Assembly: GCA_964573285.1 (NCBI GenBank)
Contig: CAZNJD010000005.1
Span: 19,909 to 83,908 of the forward strand
Reading direction: 5' to 3'
Source of the DNA: an uncultured Sulfurovum sp.
GTDB lineage: Bacteria > Campylobacterota > Campylobacteria > Campylobacterales > Sulfurovaceae
DNA length: 64,000 nucleotides
Part shown: positions 62,688-64,000 of the stretch, piece after piece
Layout: each line of letters opens with the position of its first letter
How positions within the stretch are numbered: position 1 is the stretch's first letter
The notes under the pieces: generated by a model
Databases searched by the model: none
The model's input: only the letters and a program-made list of their open reading frames with translations
Told to the model about the DNA's origin: nothing
Position numbers and translations under genes: made by a program

Positions 62688-64000
62688 ATGTTCAATCTTA
62701 CAATCATTCAAAAACTTCGTATTATATTTTTTATAATTTTACTATTTTTTCTAACTTATATAACTATAAGTTATAAGTTTGTAAATAATAGTGTAAATGA
62801 GTTAAAAGATATTGAAACAAAAAAATCTAAAATGGCTTTTATTCATAGAGAAAATTTATCACTTATTAAAAATATGATTATTCAATTTAATGATGCAGTG
62901 ACAACAGTTGATATTGAATATATAGCAAAAATTAAAAAAAATAAAATGGAGATTGAAAAAGGATTAAATGAACTAACCCAATATGATAATATCAAAATAA
63001 TAAAAGAGAAAAAATTACTTAATCTATATTATAAACTAGGAGTAGAAATTACAAAAGATATGATAAAAGATTTTGAACTATTTAATAATAAGGAGTACTT
63101 AAATAAAAAAGTAAAACCATTTAGAGATATTCAGAAACAGATATTTAATCTTTATAAAAAACAGAAGATAGACTCATATAATCAACTAACAAATTCAATC
63201 AAAAAAGTTTCGGATGAGACAAATCATTATTTTATAATTTTTGCTATATTATCTATATTTGGACTTATTTTTATTACTATAATGGCAAGTTATCTCTCTT
63301 ATACTATTTCAACTAGATTTCAGAAAGTATATAATTCTCTCGATAATTTAATTAAAGAAGAACCTGACTTTTCAAAAATAATGAAAGTAGAAAAGCATGA
63401 TGAGATAGGCAAACTAATTAGTAAATTCAATCATATACAAAAAAAACTTGAAAGAAATTATAATAGAATTAATAAACTAAAAATAAAAGCTGAAGATACA
63501 GCCAAACTAAAATCAGAATTTTTGGCCAATATGAGTCATGAAATACGAACTCCAATGAATGGTATTGTAGGTATGAGTTACCTCACACTACAGACTAACT
63601 TAACTAGAAAACAGAGAAGTTATATAGAGAAGATAGAAAACTCATCTAAATCACTTTTAGCTATTATTAATGATATTTTAGACCTCTCCAAAATAGAATC
63701 AGGTAAACTTACTATAGATAAAATAGATTTTGATTTAACTCAAATGTTAAATAGCTCCATAGACTTAATAAGATTTAAAGCTAAGGAAAAAAATCTCAGA
63801 GTTAAAATAAAATATTCTAAAAATATACCAAAAAAATTATATGGAGATAGCCTAAGAATTTCACAAGTATTAACCAATCTATTAGGTAATGCTGTAAAAT
63901 TTACAGATAGTGGAGAGATAACTATATCTGTTAATCAAATGGATAATGATATATTTCGATTTGAAGTTCAAGATACAGGTATTGGACTAACACAACAAAC
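62688..64000 (+). CDS. Membrane sensor histidine kinase, probably hybrid; 3'-truncated and absent from the ORF track
   Basis: ATG 62688 after AAGGA; two TM helices, HAMP-like [66 protein letters not shown]. Confidence 0.93.
   Translation, partial: MFNLTIIQKLRIIFFIILLFFLTYITISYKFVNNSVNELKDIETKKSKMAFIHRENLSLIKNMIIQFNDAVTTVDIEYIAKIKKNKMEIEKGLNELTQYDNIKIIKEKKLLNLYYKLGVEITKDMIKDFELFNNKEYLNKKVKPFRDIQKQIFNLYKKQKIDSYNQLTNSIKKVSDETNHYFIIFAILSIFGLIFITIMASYLSYTISTRFQKVYNSLDNLIKEEPDFSKIMKVEKHDEIGKLISKFNHIQKKLERNYNRINKLKIKAEDTAKLKSEFLANMSHEIRTPMNGIVGMSYLTLQTNLTRKQRSYIEKIENSSKSLLAIINDILDLSKIESGKLTIDKIDFDLTQMLNSSIDLIRFKAKEKNLRVKIKYSKNIPKKLYGDSLRISQVLTNLLGNAVKFTDSGEITISVNQMDNDIFRFEVQDTGIGLTQQ

Overview
AT-rich chromosomal window from a Campylobacterota bacterium, most like Sulfurovum. 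This is inferred from aclBA (reverse TCA cycle), an atp operon lacking atpB/atpE, the rplU-rpmA-obgE-proB...fmt-birA-parA-parB-atpF' gene order and a class II DAHP synthase. Core blocks (aclBA, rsfS/nadD, gap-pgk-tpiA, atp, parAB, birA, fmt, proB, obgE, rpmA/rplU, tpx, murB) alternate with many cell-surface genes. These include the end of a polysaccharide locus (PL9 lyase, gmd, rmd-like reductase, a GT4 frameshifted by a 5-bp duplication), a PAP2/ArnT/ArnC/flippase cluster, a Tat-exported repeat-domain plus GH135 protein, orphan wza, tamAB, a sapCDEF-like type I secretion operon and a wzx-capA-wzy cluster with repeat-domain surface proteins and two SAM-dependent enzymes. The most striking feature is at 42.0-43.5 kb. 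A REP-associated tyrosine transposase (RAYT, Y1/HUH) domain that has lost its HUH metal-binding histidines is fused in frame to SapC at the head of the T1SS operon. It is preceded by three spaced AATAnnGTC motifs and joined to SapC across an A8 tract and an internal ribosome-binding site, making it a candidate domesticated transposase coupled to surface-protein secretion. No rRNA, tRNA or CRISPR array was recognised. All family assignments are from motif recognition by eye; no searches were run.
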